DNA from: Mayamaea pseudoterrestris
Lineage: Eukaryota
Reading direction: 5' to 3'
NCBI GenBank assembly: GCA_027923505.1
Contig: BROI01000020.1
Location: forward strand, 434,001 to 498,000
Length of the DNA stretch: 64,000 nt
Part shown: positions 44,985 to 56,145 of the stretch, in pieces
Layout of the letters: every line of letters starts with the position of its first letter
How positions within the stretch are numbered: the first letter of the stretch is position 1
Program-made: the position numbers and the translations under genes
The notes under the pieces: model-generated
Database searches by the model: none
What the model was told of the DNA's origin: nothing
The model's input: only the letters and a program-made list of their open reading frames with translations

Positions 44985-47980
44985 CTAGTCCAAGTCGTTT
45001 CTCAAGTCAAAAAACGACGTGTCAGCAACGCTGCTGCCATCCACCTTTTTCTCCTCGGGAGTTTCCTTCTTCATTCGAGCCTTGGCCATTTGGAGAATGA
45101 GCGCTCGTCGCGAGGTTCGGTCGGGTGGCATGCTGGAACCATCCGTCAGCATGGATGACTCGCCCGTGAAATCCGAACCAGAGGCCCATGTGCCATTTGA
45201 TTCAGAGTCGCCACTCTGTAGGGCAAACAATTGATCGCCATTGTCGCTTCCAGTGGTTGATGTGGGAGATAGTGCAGTATTGGCGAGCCTTCGGTTGCGA
45301 ATGGCTTGCTGGGCCTTGACAGTTACTGTAGAGGCGGAAAACGCTTCGCTTCGAGGTGACACTGGTGGCAGGTCGACGCGGCGCTGGAGCGCAGTCTTGT
45401 CTGGCGAAATGGATCGATCGCGCCCATTGTATCCTTCCAATCCATCGTTCAACATGAATGCATCATCATCATCCTCGTACACCGGAACATTTTCGTGATT
45501 GTCATGTGAGTCGTTTTCGTAGTACACAATGGCATCGTCATGGTGATGCTCCTCTTCCTGTTCCTCCCCATGATTGCCGTAGTCATCTATATGGTTGAAA
45601 TCTTCGAAATGATTGTTAATGTAGTGGTCATGGTTCAACTCTTCTTCTTCGTGCCGGTAGTCTTCATGTTCAAACGACTGCTCCATTGACATTGATGCAC
45701 TTGCAATGCCGTTCAAATCAAGAGTTGCGTCGTCTCGCTGCTTGCAAAGACTTGGCGGCTCGTCGTCGGGTGGATCAATGCGAGAGCCTCGCTGCGTCGC
45801 GCTTGTTTCGTCAATGGGTGCATCGTCTCCGTCGTCGTCATAGTCGTGACTGTCATTGGCGAGCCGCGCAAACGCGCTCGATCCATTTGCTGGTGACGAA
45901 TCATGAAGCTGCGCCGGCTGATTGAAGTAATGAGGCGAATCTTCCGTGTACTGCATACTGTCTGACAAATGTTCGTCGAAGCGAGGCATGAAGTCATGAG
46001 TATTATCAATGTGATCAACGCCTAAAAGTGCCTGGGCTGACAAGTACTCCTGATCAAACGCTGGAGCGACGCTGTCGAGCGGATTCAGCTCCTCATATGT
46101 TTGGGGCATGTCATTATCGAACTGCGGATGGTATACGCCATTCATCGCTGCAGCATCCTCGTGATATGATCCGCTACCACTTTGCTGTTGCTCTTGGTCA
46201 TAGTCCTGCAACGCTCGATAGTGCGTCGCATTTGTAAGCATTGCATTGTTTGGATGGCTCAAGCCCAATCGCTGCTCGTACTCCATGGCCCGTACCAAAG
46301 CTTGGTCGCGAGCAGCAACAAAGTGAGGTGGCAGTATTGTGATCCATGCCGAAGGTTGCATGATATAGGGAGGTCTGTTGGAGAAGAGATGAATAATTAG
46401 TGAGAATAAGGGACCAACCTTTTCCTCCCTAGCACACCATCATACATTTACTTACAATGCTCTACATGGCCCAAGGTGATAAACCTGCAAATCCTCAAAG
46501 TCCTGCTCCGACAAATCGTAAACTTCCTCCACCTGCTTGACGGAGGCAACGCTGGGAAAGCCTTCCGGCTGCTCCAACTTGTAAAGATCCGTCGGCGTCA
46601 AGCTTTCGCTCAAAAAGGCAAGCATGTGAATCGCATTGCCTTCAAAGTCAGCCTCGTAGTAAACATCCTCCTCCGTGTTAATGGGGCCGCCGGAAAAGAA
46701 GCAAAATTTGTCCACCAACGTCCATTCCATTGGATCTTCAATGAGCTGCCGCGGCGCCTTGTCGCACGCATCCGGATAGTCAGTCTCGAGCAACACGAGT
46801 GTATCGCGCGTCAGTGGTTCCACGTCGATGGGTCGAATCATGCCAACGGCGCTAGCCAGCAAAAAGTAGTAGCCGCCCGATGGATGCAACCGTTGCTTCG
46901 AGTCTGCGACAACAAACAAGTGCAAGATTGCAATTGCGTGAGGAATATGAGACGCAAGTTGGCCATTCTTCCTATTTTCAATTCAACTATCATATACTCA
47001 CGAAAGAACGATACACCATCAGGAATAGCCTTGAACGAAAAGTGACAATACTTGGAAATGCGCCGCCAGCCACTGCTCAGCAGCAACTCATCCGGCAGCC
47101 GCGAAAACTGATTGGGAAAGGTTTGCTCCACGCGCCGCAAATCCTCATCGCAAATGGTGGGACATCCCTTGAGATTCATGGCCGACGCCAGCATCAAAAC
47201 AACATTGCCCGTGAGTGTCAAGCCTTCGTAGTGCTGCGTGTGACTGCCAATGCCTTGTTTGGTAAAGTAGCAGCGCTTGGCAAAGGCGCTGGCCATTGGT
47301 TGCTGCAACAAGTGGTGGCGCGAATAAGCGTGGTGGTCGTCTTGGTCGTTGGACGACGTGTTGCGATGTTCCGGCGTGGCAGCAGCGTCATGGTGCAGCT
47401 TGACGACGCTTTCATCGTCGTAGCTTGACGTGACTTCCAAACTGCTGCGGTCGTCGACAACATTGCCGCTGCTTCTCCTGCCGCCGCCGTTTCGACTGGT
47501 ACTGCTTCGCTTGCCGTTGCCAGTTTTGCTTTTGTTCTTGTCGCGCTTGCTTTTTCGGCTCTTGCGCTCATCCTCCGTGTAAATCGTTTCATCCTCCTGA
47601 TCTTCATCGTCGTCATCAAACTCCTCCTCCTCCTCCTCGTCTTCTTCGTCTTCATCCTCCGATCCCGACTCATCGTCCGAAACATCCTCACTATAAAACG
47701 AATTGGTTGGATCATTGTCTTTATTGTGACTGCCATCCTTATTCTTCGTCTTATTGCCAAGATAGGGACTGCAAATGGAGTCAATGAACTGCGCCGCCGG
47801 ATGGTTTTGGTCGTCCAGCTTCTTATTGAAGCGGCTCAGATTGGCCTGCAGCTCGCGCACGCCGTCGTTCACGCGACTGGAAACGTTGGTTGAATCTCGT
47901 TTGCTGCTGCTGCGGCTGCTGCGCTTCTTTTTGCTGCCGACATTATTTCCAGATGACGACGATGACTCGGCGTTACCCAT
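44985..47980 (-). CDS. Protein of unknown function with a predicted N-myristoylation signal, 3 exons, about 938 aa
   Basis: Exons 47980-47002, 46903-46456 and 46374-44985 join in frame (2817 nt). MGNAESS start, acidic/basic disordered arms and a complex central domain (AFAKRCYFTK...FCFFSGGPINTEEDVYY). Confidence 0.8.
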
Positions 47981-48567
47981 GGTATTAATGCTGCTGCAGT
48001 AGCTGCTGCTGCTTGTTTAGTAGGACGTCGCGAGCAGTATTCCTTGTGACGGCTGCGAATGTAGTAATTCGCTTGTCGAAAATGTTTACTATGCTCGAAT
48101 CAAATCGAGAACGGTGATTGTCTGCACTGCACTGCTGCTGCTGCAATTTTTAAATTCTTGTAATAGAACTTAGTGACTCCAATATTGAATCTCTCTATTT
48201 TAATAATTCACAAAGTCGAAACGCTTCGTTGATGATGGTGATGGACCAACGATAAGTCCTCGCTGCTGCTGATGGCGCAAGTCGTCGAAGTCGCCTCGTC
48301 TCGCCATGGCGAGTGGATGCCAATGGCGCGCCGGGCAGGCATTCTGAGGCTTGACGCATAGTATGGCTAAACTTCTCACATTGGCTTTCAAAGCGGTTGA
48401 CGCCGGCGTGCGTGCGTGTGAATATGCAAGCATTGGCGAGTGTGCTACGACTTTAGCCGGCGCTTTCATGCAGCGGCTGCTGCATAATGACATGACCATT
48501 GAAAGAAGAGCCAGCATAACGCTACCGTAGCAGTGAGATAACGACGGAAAAAATACAAGCGATCACC

Positions 48568-50040
48568 ATGTCACCCGAAGAATTACATCAATCATTGACA
48601 CAAGGCATGCATCCAATTTTTAAGCGTGTATTATACGTCAAAAGGGACAATCCACTGGAAGATGCGACTCTTGGATTTCTCATCACCGATTCTTTCATTT
48701 GTAACTACTTGGGACTGGACGAGCATATTGCAGACCGATCTCTGGCCGCTTTGCAAACAATTCGCATATCACGAGTCAGGATTGCCGAATTTCCATCCAG
48801 TTTGGCGACTCCTCCACGGACCCGTAGCGAGGTGCAACGATGTAACAGGCTTCGCCGCCTTTGGCAAGCCCTTGGCAACAACCCAACGTTGAAAAATGCA
48901 TTTATGGATGTTTTGGGTAATGAGCTATGGAGTATAGCGCACGCATGCGCACTGCAAGAGTTGCGGCAGATACAAGCCTTGTCCATTTGCATGGAAGGCG
49001 ACGCGCGGAATTTGCAGGATCTTGTCAATGGGCTACGCGGACATGGTTCGCTGCGCGCCATTACATTAGAAATTCCCATGGAAGAATACCCAACTATACT
49101 ACCAGTGCTTCCGACATTACCAGAGCTGAATTGTGTCACTATAGACGCGTCACCCTGGGAGTCTGCAATGACGCCCGCTGCGGCCCAAGCTATTGCAAAT
49201 TTGTTTCTCGCAGAAATGCCTCATCTTTCAATCAAAATGAATTCTACTGATATTGACGAGGAATGTCAAACGATTTTGTGCCAAGGCATTGCAAGAGCAA
49301 ATGTTGCAGCGCTCAACATGTTTTTGTGCCTCGTAGAGGGAGATCCGGTGCAGTTTGCCAACGCCATTACAAGTTCGCGCCTGACAGATGTATGCTTGAT
49401 GTATGCGAGATTTAACGATGGTATAGCATCATTTTTGCGCCCGCTGGCAGCGGGATTGGATTCCATGCCTCGACTTGAGCGATTCACATGTCGGCCCGAC
49501 TTTCATTTTGAAAGTGGCACCCATATAGATGATGCAATGCTTAGTGTTGCTGGCGTCCTGGCTCGCTGCCCTCGAATTGCGCTGATTGAATTGCTGCTAG
49601 ACAATTACTCTGACTATCTGGATCGAATAATGGCAGACTGCGTTCGAAGTTGTCCTTGTCTGGAGACTCTCGTTATGGACATCTGCGATTCTCGTGGCGA
49701 AGATTGTGCATTTCCACTTTTGCTGATATCAATCAACAACAATTACTCACTCACAAAGGTGACACTCAAAATGTTGCCGCTGGACATGCGTGCGAAGGTT
49801 GACGCTATATGTAAACTCAATAAAGCTGGTCGAAAATATATGGCATTGGACAGTGCGAATCAGCAAAAGGCCATCTGCGTTCTTGCGGCGGTCAATGATG
49901 ACTTGGACTGCTTGTTTACTCATCTCCGGGAGAATCCACTGGCTTGTCGTCGGGTAAGCATTGGAGCGACTGCCACGAGGCGCAAACGCAAAGCAGCAAA
50001 TCTCAATGTCAAGGACAAGTCGCATTGTAAAAAGGTGTAA
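48568..50040 (+). CDS. RNI-like LRR family protein, intact and intronless
   Basis: 490 aa. Degenerate LRRs, KLNKAGRKYM..CLFTHLRENP and a basic tail RRKRK. Confidence 0.8.
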   Translation: MSPEELHQSLTQGMHPIFKRVLYVKRDNPLEDATLGFLITDSFICNYLGLDEHIADRSLAALQTIRISRVRIAEFPSSLATPPRTRSEVQRCNRLRRLWQALGNNPTLKNAFMDVLGNELWSIAHACALQELRQIQALSICMEGDARNLQDLVNGLRGHGSLRAITLEIPMEEYPTILPVLPTLPELNCVTIDASPWESAMTPAAAQAIANLFLAEMPHLSIKMNSTDIDEECQTILCQGIARANVAALNMFLCLVEGDPVQFANAITSSRLTDVCLMYARFNDGIASFLRPLAAGLDSMPRLERFTCRPDFHFESGTHIDDAMLSVAGVLARCPRIALIELLLDNYSDYLDRIMADCVRSCPCLETLVMDICDSRGEDCAFPLLLISINNNYSLTKVTLKMLPLDMRAKVDAICKLNKAGRKYMALDSANQQKAICVLAAVNDDLDCLFTHLRENPLACRRVSIGATATRRKRKAANLNVKDKSHCKKV

Positions 50041-50467
50041 CTTTTCAGTACTACAAATCAAATTGCTTGTAACGAAATTCTGTGTTTGTTTGTTGTTGTG
50101 CAGCTTATAAATTTGTAGTGTGCAGCAATTGTTGCAGGAAAGGAAAGCATCAGGACAGATAGCTAGGATGTCGTACTACTAGTGACTTAATGCCGCTGCG
50201 ACGTTTACCTTAACGAGCAAAACGCCGCGAAATTCCGCAGCGTTCACAGCTTCACAGCGCCCTTTCTTCAGTCGCTCCTTACAGAAGATCCAACTTGGCT
50301 GCTAATACAGTGCTGTCTTTATTACATTGACTCATTAATCTTAAGAGGAATTGAAATCTGCGAGAATTGTTCACGAGTATTTGTAATTTGATTGCCGCAG
50401 CAGTATCAGTCTTATTCACCTCAAGCTCCGCAGCCAGCAAGCAAAGGCGGTCACTGTCAGAAAAAAT

Positions 50468-51973
50468 ATGCCGACGATTGAGTCATTAACGCATCCGGAG
50501 GGCGTGGAGAATCATCCACTTTTCCTCGTGGCCATGGAGCATTTAAGCTCGGACAGCTTGAATAGTGGTCCGCTCGAGCTAGTCGTTGACGAACATCTAG
50601 TTGATGGATACTTGGAACTTGACGACGAAACTGCGAATCAAGCTCTGAGCGCTCTTGAAAAGACTCCCATTGAGCAAGTTGGAATGTACGACCTTCCTCG
50701 TCGAATGAGCGCTAATCCGCGAACTAGGGCCGAAAAGCTACGTTCTGCTAAATGCCAGCGATTTTGCAAGTCTCTCGGCTCCATTTCAACTTTGAAAAAA
50801 GCAATCTTGTCTTCTCCTGGAACTCGTTGGAATACAATGCATGCGTATGCGCTGCAGAGTATGCAGCAGATCACGTCGGTAAAGATTTCATGTAGGTGGC
50901 AGCATAGTAGTCTCCATGATATTGCGACTAGTCTACGAGGACATGGCTCTATCCAAGAGATTCACCTTCGAGTGCCCGATTTATATTACCCTTCTATCTT
51001 GCCAATTCTGCGTACTTCGCCGCTGCTTGGCGTTGTGAAGCTGCAAGCCGGGGCAGATACAATTGGCATTAACTTTGTAGTACAAGAAATGCCTGGCGCC
51101 ACAGTCCCAGCCGCGCAGGCTATTGCGGACCTGCTTGAATCGAAGCTTCGGCTAGTTGTCTGCAATTTGGCTTTTGACGGAGATGCGCAGACAGCTCTGT
51201 GTGCCGGAATCACACGGGCGAACGTCAGCGCCCTGGAAATTTGTTCATGTTCCTTCCAAGATCCGTTGGCGTTTGCTGACGCCCTCGCAAACTCGCCCTT
51301 GACGGAATTGGAAATAAAGAGTGTCCTTAACAACGAGAAAAATGTGCGGACATTTTTGAATGCGTATGCGACAAGTCTTTCGTCATTGTCTCCACTGAAA
51401 AAGCTTTCAATTGACCTTATGGATCATAAGGTTATTGGCAGCACTGCAGCTGTAGACAAGGCTATGGTTAACGCCGCTCGAAAATTGGCCCATTGTTCAC
51501 TCCTTTCATCGCTCAGTTTGAGTGTGGGCTTGTGCTCGCCAGGTCTCGATGAAGCGTTGGCTTGTTGCCTTGGTAATTGTGCTGCATTAGAGGAGCTGAC
51601 TTTGGTTTGCCGGGGAAGAAAGGCCGCTGGAACACCTTCGTCCAGATATTCTTTACTATTAAAGGCAATGGAAACAAACTACACTTTGAAGCATGTTGCG
51701 CTGAAGCCATTGCGTAAATCGGTAAGGGGCAAGATTGAAACGTTTTGCAGGCTCAACAAGGCCGGTCGAAAGTACATGGCGACAGACAGCGGCAACCAGA
51801 TAAAAGCCATTCGCGTCCTTGCACAGGTTAGCGATGATTTGACCTGCTTGTTCACGCATTTGCGCGAGAATCCCTTGGCTTGCAAAGTGAACATTGCACA
51901 AGCTTGCGGCAAGCGCAAGGCGATGGAACGTGGCAACGAGGAGTCTCGTCAAACGACTCGGAGCAAAGCATAG
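50468..51973 (+). CDS. RNI-like LRR family protein, intact and intronless
   Basis: 501 aa. MSANPRTR motif, RLNKAGRKYM..CLFTHLRENP and a KRK tail. Confidence 0.8.
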   Translation: MPTIESLTHPEGVENHPLFLVAMEHLSSDSLNSGPLELVVDEHLVDGYLELDDETANQALSALEKTPIEQVGMYDLPRRMSANPRTRAEKLRSAKCQRFCKSLGSISTLKKAILSSPGTRWNTMHAYALQSMQQITSVKISCRWQHSSLHDIATSLRGHGSIQEIHLRVPDLYYPSILPILRTSPLLGVVKLQAGADTIGINFVVQEMPGATVPAAQAIADLLESKLRLVVCNLAFDGDAQTALCAGITRANVSALEICSCSFQDPLAFADALANSPLTELEIKSVLNNEKNVRTFLNAYATSLSSLSPLKKLSIDLMDHKVIGSTAAVDKAMVNAARKLAHCSLLSSLSLSVGLCSPGLDEALACCLGNCAALEELTLVCRGRKAAGTPSSRYSLLLKAMETNYTLKHVALKPLRKSVRGKIETFCRLNKAGRKYMATDSGNQIKAIRVLAQVSDDLTCLFTHLRENPLACKVNIAQACGKRKAMERGNEESRQTTRSKA

Positions 51974-52378
51974 TCAGTAAAAAGTAAATTATACATCACT
52001 ATAGTCTTTAGTAGCATACAAACTAGTTGGATAGCCTTTGTGCGGGCTCGTTCATTTCGCCATAGCTTCTCCCGAAGAGAAACGATGCGACATCTTTTAA
52101 ACGGACGACGCGCGAAGACGAGGACACGAGACGAGCCGTCCTCTCATAAAGCATTATTCGCCCTTGCGCTGCATCTTTCAACACCGTCATTAGCAAGCTA
52201 GCTTGCTCCGAGTTAGACTCTTTCGTGACATATCCAATCGAGCTTTCGTATCGCTCGCGCTTTTCGCATAGCGGAGGACGGAGAAGCTTTCGAACGCTGC
52301 CTCACGCTGTCACGCTTGCTGCGTTCGGACAAGGCTGACGAAGAGGTCAAACGTCCTTACTCATATCTCTATTGCAAA

Positions 52379-53874
52379 ATGACATGGGCAACGATCGAGT
52401 CTCTTCCATGGCCGGAGGGCAAGTACCGCGAGATTTTGTTCAAAAATCTGTATCACGATGACGACTCTTTGAATGGTTCCCGCCCTTCAAACCGTGCACT
52501 ACTTTTCAACAAAGTGCTGATGCATGCCTTACTTTCGTTGGAAGTGAAAAAGTTCGATCAAGCATTAAATTGTTTGAAGAAAATAACCTTTGCGCGGTTA
52601 CAGTTTGATGAGATAAATGTTCCTATGAGCGCTAATCCGCGGACAAGAGGCGACAAGGAACGCGCAACAAAGCTTGAACGACTATGCGAAACTCTTGGAA
52701 CCATTCGAACCATTAAACGGGCCGATTTGCATTCTCATGGATATGACTGGAGCATTATGCATGGAAATTTACTGCGATGTTTGAAACAAGTGAAGATGGT
52801 TTCGCTTCACGGTGGGCTAGGAGGTATAATTGAGCTTGTACCTGGTTTGGTTGGGCATGAGTCTATTAAAGAAATTGAGCTGCATCTTCCAGTGGAGTGC
52901 TACCCTATAATTCTTCCAACTTTGCAAACCCTGCCTTTGCTCAAGAAGGTGGCAGTGCGTTCGTGGGATTCGTTTCTCTTTCGAGCCGACGGTGCACCTG
53001 GCGTTCAAGCCATTGCTAATTTGCTCGCCACTGGCAAGTCTGGGCTTGAAGTCGACATTTATTCGCTACACTTTGAAGACGAAGCAAACGTGTGTTTCTG
53101 TGCTGGCGCTGCTGTTACAAAAATCCAATCGTTGGTGATGGATTCGTGCTATTTGCATGATCCTGTGATGTTTGCAGACGCAATAGCAACGTCGCATTTA
53201 AAGCAGGTCAAACTGGTAGATTTGGAGTTTGGCGGATCTGTTACAACATTTTTGAATGCGTTTGCCGCAGGACTAGAATCTATGCCTCAACTGGAAATGC
53301 TAACCTGCCGGCCTTCGCACCGCTTGGTTATTGGCAGGAACCCTCGCGACTATGATGCGGCCATGGCTGCCCTTGTTCGTGCCTTGGTCCACTGCCCTTC
53401 GCTCAAAACGGTTAAAGTGAATATCTTTGCGTATTCGTCTGAACTCGATGATGCACTGGCCGACTGCATTCGAAATGTTTCTCTGCTTGAGGAAGTTAGA
53501 GTTGATTGTCGATGTGCGCTCAATGGACGGGTGTTGGCGACGTATCCATTGCTCCTGCAGGCCATGGACACCAACTACTCGTTAAAGCGAGTTCAACTCC
53601 AGCCTCGGAATGAAATAACAACGGCAAAGGTTAAGATATATCTGACACTTAATGAAGCCGGGCGGGGGTACATGGCATCTGATAGTGGGAATTAACGCAA
53701 GGCTGTGCAGGTACTTGCAAATGTCCGTCAAAATCTGGCTGCTCATTTACTCATCTGCGCGAGAACCCGTTGGCTTGCAAAGTGGGCGCTACAAAGCGTG
53801 CATGTAGCAAGCACTCTTTTACGAATGACTTGTCAGTGTCCCACCGAAAGAGACACCGAGGCAGAGGTGGCTAA
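52379..53874 (+). pseudogene. RNI-like LRR family protein with a premature stop and a frameshift in the conserved C-terminal motif
   Basis: TAA at 53693-53695 where the neighbouring paralogs have Gln (SGNQ/SANQ). A 1-nt deletion near 53738 precedes CSFTHLRENP. The restored frame stops at 53872-53874. Confidence 0.8.
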
Positions 53875-56145
53875 AAAGGAGCTACTGCTGCAGAGGAGTC
53901 GTCGCCTTTAGGATAGGTCTATGAAAGAAGTGGACGAGCGTTCACATGGCTTCAATAAAACCATACAGTAATTCAGCCCTGTTTTTACAGACTTTTAGTG
54001 TCTACTTTGCCGCCAGTGTCTGCCGTATCGTTTGCCCTGCGTTAGTCCACAACATAACTATAAGTCTCCTGGTCCAAATTTCTATTTGAAAGTTGCGAAT
54101 CGATACGCGCCTCGCCATTGGGACCAACAACCTCGATGCGGTAAACATACACCTGCGCAAAGGCAAACGGTTTTAGACACCGCGGTATATAACAACTAGA
54201 GCAAGCTGCGGTGGCTGTGTAACGTACCTGAAGCTCTCTGTTTGGCCGTTCCGGAAAACGCGCCCAATTGCCTGCTCCTCTACGCTCAAATCTTGCAAGG
54301 GATCATTTCGTTCAAGCTGCCGTTACCGCTGTACAGTGGATGAAATAGTTATTCGACTCTGTTTGTAGGTCGAGCCAGCAGCACTCGATTCGCACCAGAA
54401 CTCTCGGACGGGTTTCGTCTTCTTATATGGCATCGGCCGTCTGATGGCATCAACTCTTTCGATTCATTTCCTCGACTGAATCGTCTTGTTCCAAACTTGT
54501 GTATCCCATGTCAAGTATATTCAGTACAGTTGCCGCAGCATCCACCGCAACAATATCGGAATCCGCAGATACAATAGACTGCGGATCCATCAGAAGAAAC
54601 CCATTACATAACAAACAAAGCCTTTTCTCGAGAAGCAAGGAGGGCATTTCTGTGGAGCCAATTGCCCACGACGGCTGGGTCAAAGTCTTGCTCCAAGCAT
54701 ATTGTGTGAAAACGTCGCGATACTTGGCCAGCAAGTCAGTGTCGAATACTGCGGAAGCAATTCCGAAACCTGAGTGACGCTCATTTTGCAAAAGGACGCT
54801 CCATCACGATCAAATGCCAAGTCAATCAAGTTGGTAACAGCAGAAAGACCAACTCGATAGTTTAGCAATGTTTTGGAATCGTTGTGCTTGGCTGGTGGAG
54901 CCAGTAGATTGGCAACTGCTGCTCGTCATCGTCACTTGTCGTTGCTCACATCATCCAAAATCCACGATACTCGCGGGTCCGATCGACTGACACCCAAGGA
55001 AGCTTGTCAATCTCCCCTGATACTGGATCCAGTGCCGTCGCATCCGGCGCCGCGTGCACGCACCCCGCGCAAGAAGGTGTCACCATCAAAGCGCATGTTT
55101 GTGGAATTTCGCAAATCAACGATTCACCAGTCGCTTTGGAAGAGATGTACCAGTTCTTGATGCAGAAAAGTGCCTATTACTTGCGTCAGTCTGCGAAAAG
55201 TAGTCATAGCTGCGTTGATAGGTCACAAGGAACTGAACGTATTGGCAGCAGTCAAAACGAAGCCAGCGTGACAAGGAAGAAATGGAAACGAAAGGAGTGG
55301 ATCAGTCAAGTGTAAAACGGCAATAAAGAATCAACCATGCACCTATTTTGATCAGCGCTCACCTCATCCTCCGCCAAGGACGGTGAAGTAGGATGCTCAT
55401 CCTCCTTGGATTGGAAGGATCTCATGGTGGAAGCGGCAGCTGGTTGTTGGCACGAGTTTTGTCGCGTCGCGATCCTTTGATCGAGGGGTTCAATGCCAGT
55501 GCGACAACTAGCTTCCTTGAATAAGCAGTTGCAATTTTGCATGAGCAAGCTCGCTGAGGCTGACCCAAGCAAAATGTATGCTGAATGATATATACAACAT
55601 ACATTTGTGATGTATGCATATATGATGGGAGGAGGTTGGATTGGAGTTGATTGTGGGGGGTGTACAGTCAATGCGGTGAATGAAATGCAAAGACCATACG
55701 TGGAACAGCTTGAGCAAGCTCAGAGGCTGAACCGGCGTTCAAAGAGTAGTTTAACAATTAGCCCCCAGAAGAGGGCATATTCTTGTTAAAGAATATAGAA
55801 CAGTTACTACACAAGATCAAAGCCAAAAGGCGAAGAGATAGTTGGTGTGAGGAATGCTGTAGCGAACGTTGCAGGCTGAGGGGATCGAACTCCTCGACGC
55901 AGCATCTTCAAATATCTTGGAAACACATCACCATAGCTAATGCCTGACCAGCCCAATGCTGAACTCTTAGTACATATACTATATACCGAATGATGACCCC
56001 ACTGCAATATACTATACATAGCAAGTGTATCAAGATCAACCGTATTTACTATTTATGGCAGGCGAGTTAATGAACAGCAACGACATAACACGACGGAACA
56101 CAACAATAGTGGATTTCTTACTAAAGGTTCTAATACAGTAACACT

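Noticed and set aside
54000..55320. Protein-like minus-strand fragments with a possible intron near 54154-54227
   Set aside because: Multiple stops and no recognisable family. Probably a decayed gene, but it cannot be delimited.
55640..56105. Possible solo LTR (purine-rich tract followed by TG; TGTT...AACA ends)
   Set aside because: No matching TSD, second LTR or retroelement ORF was found.
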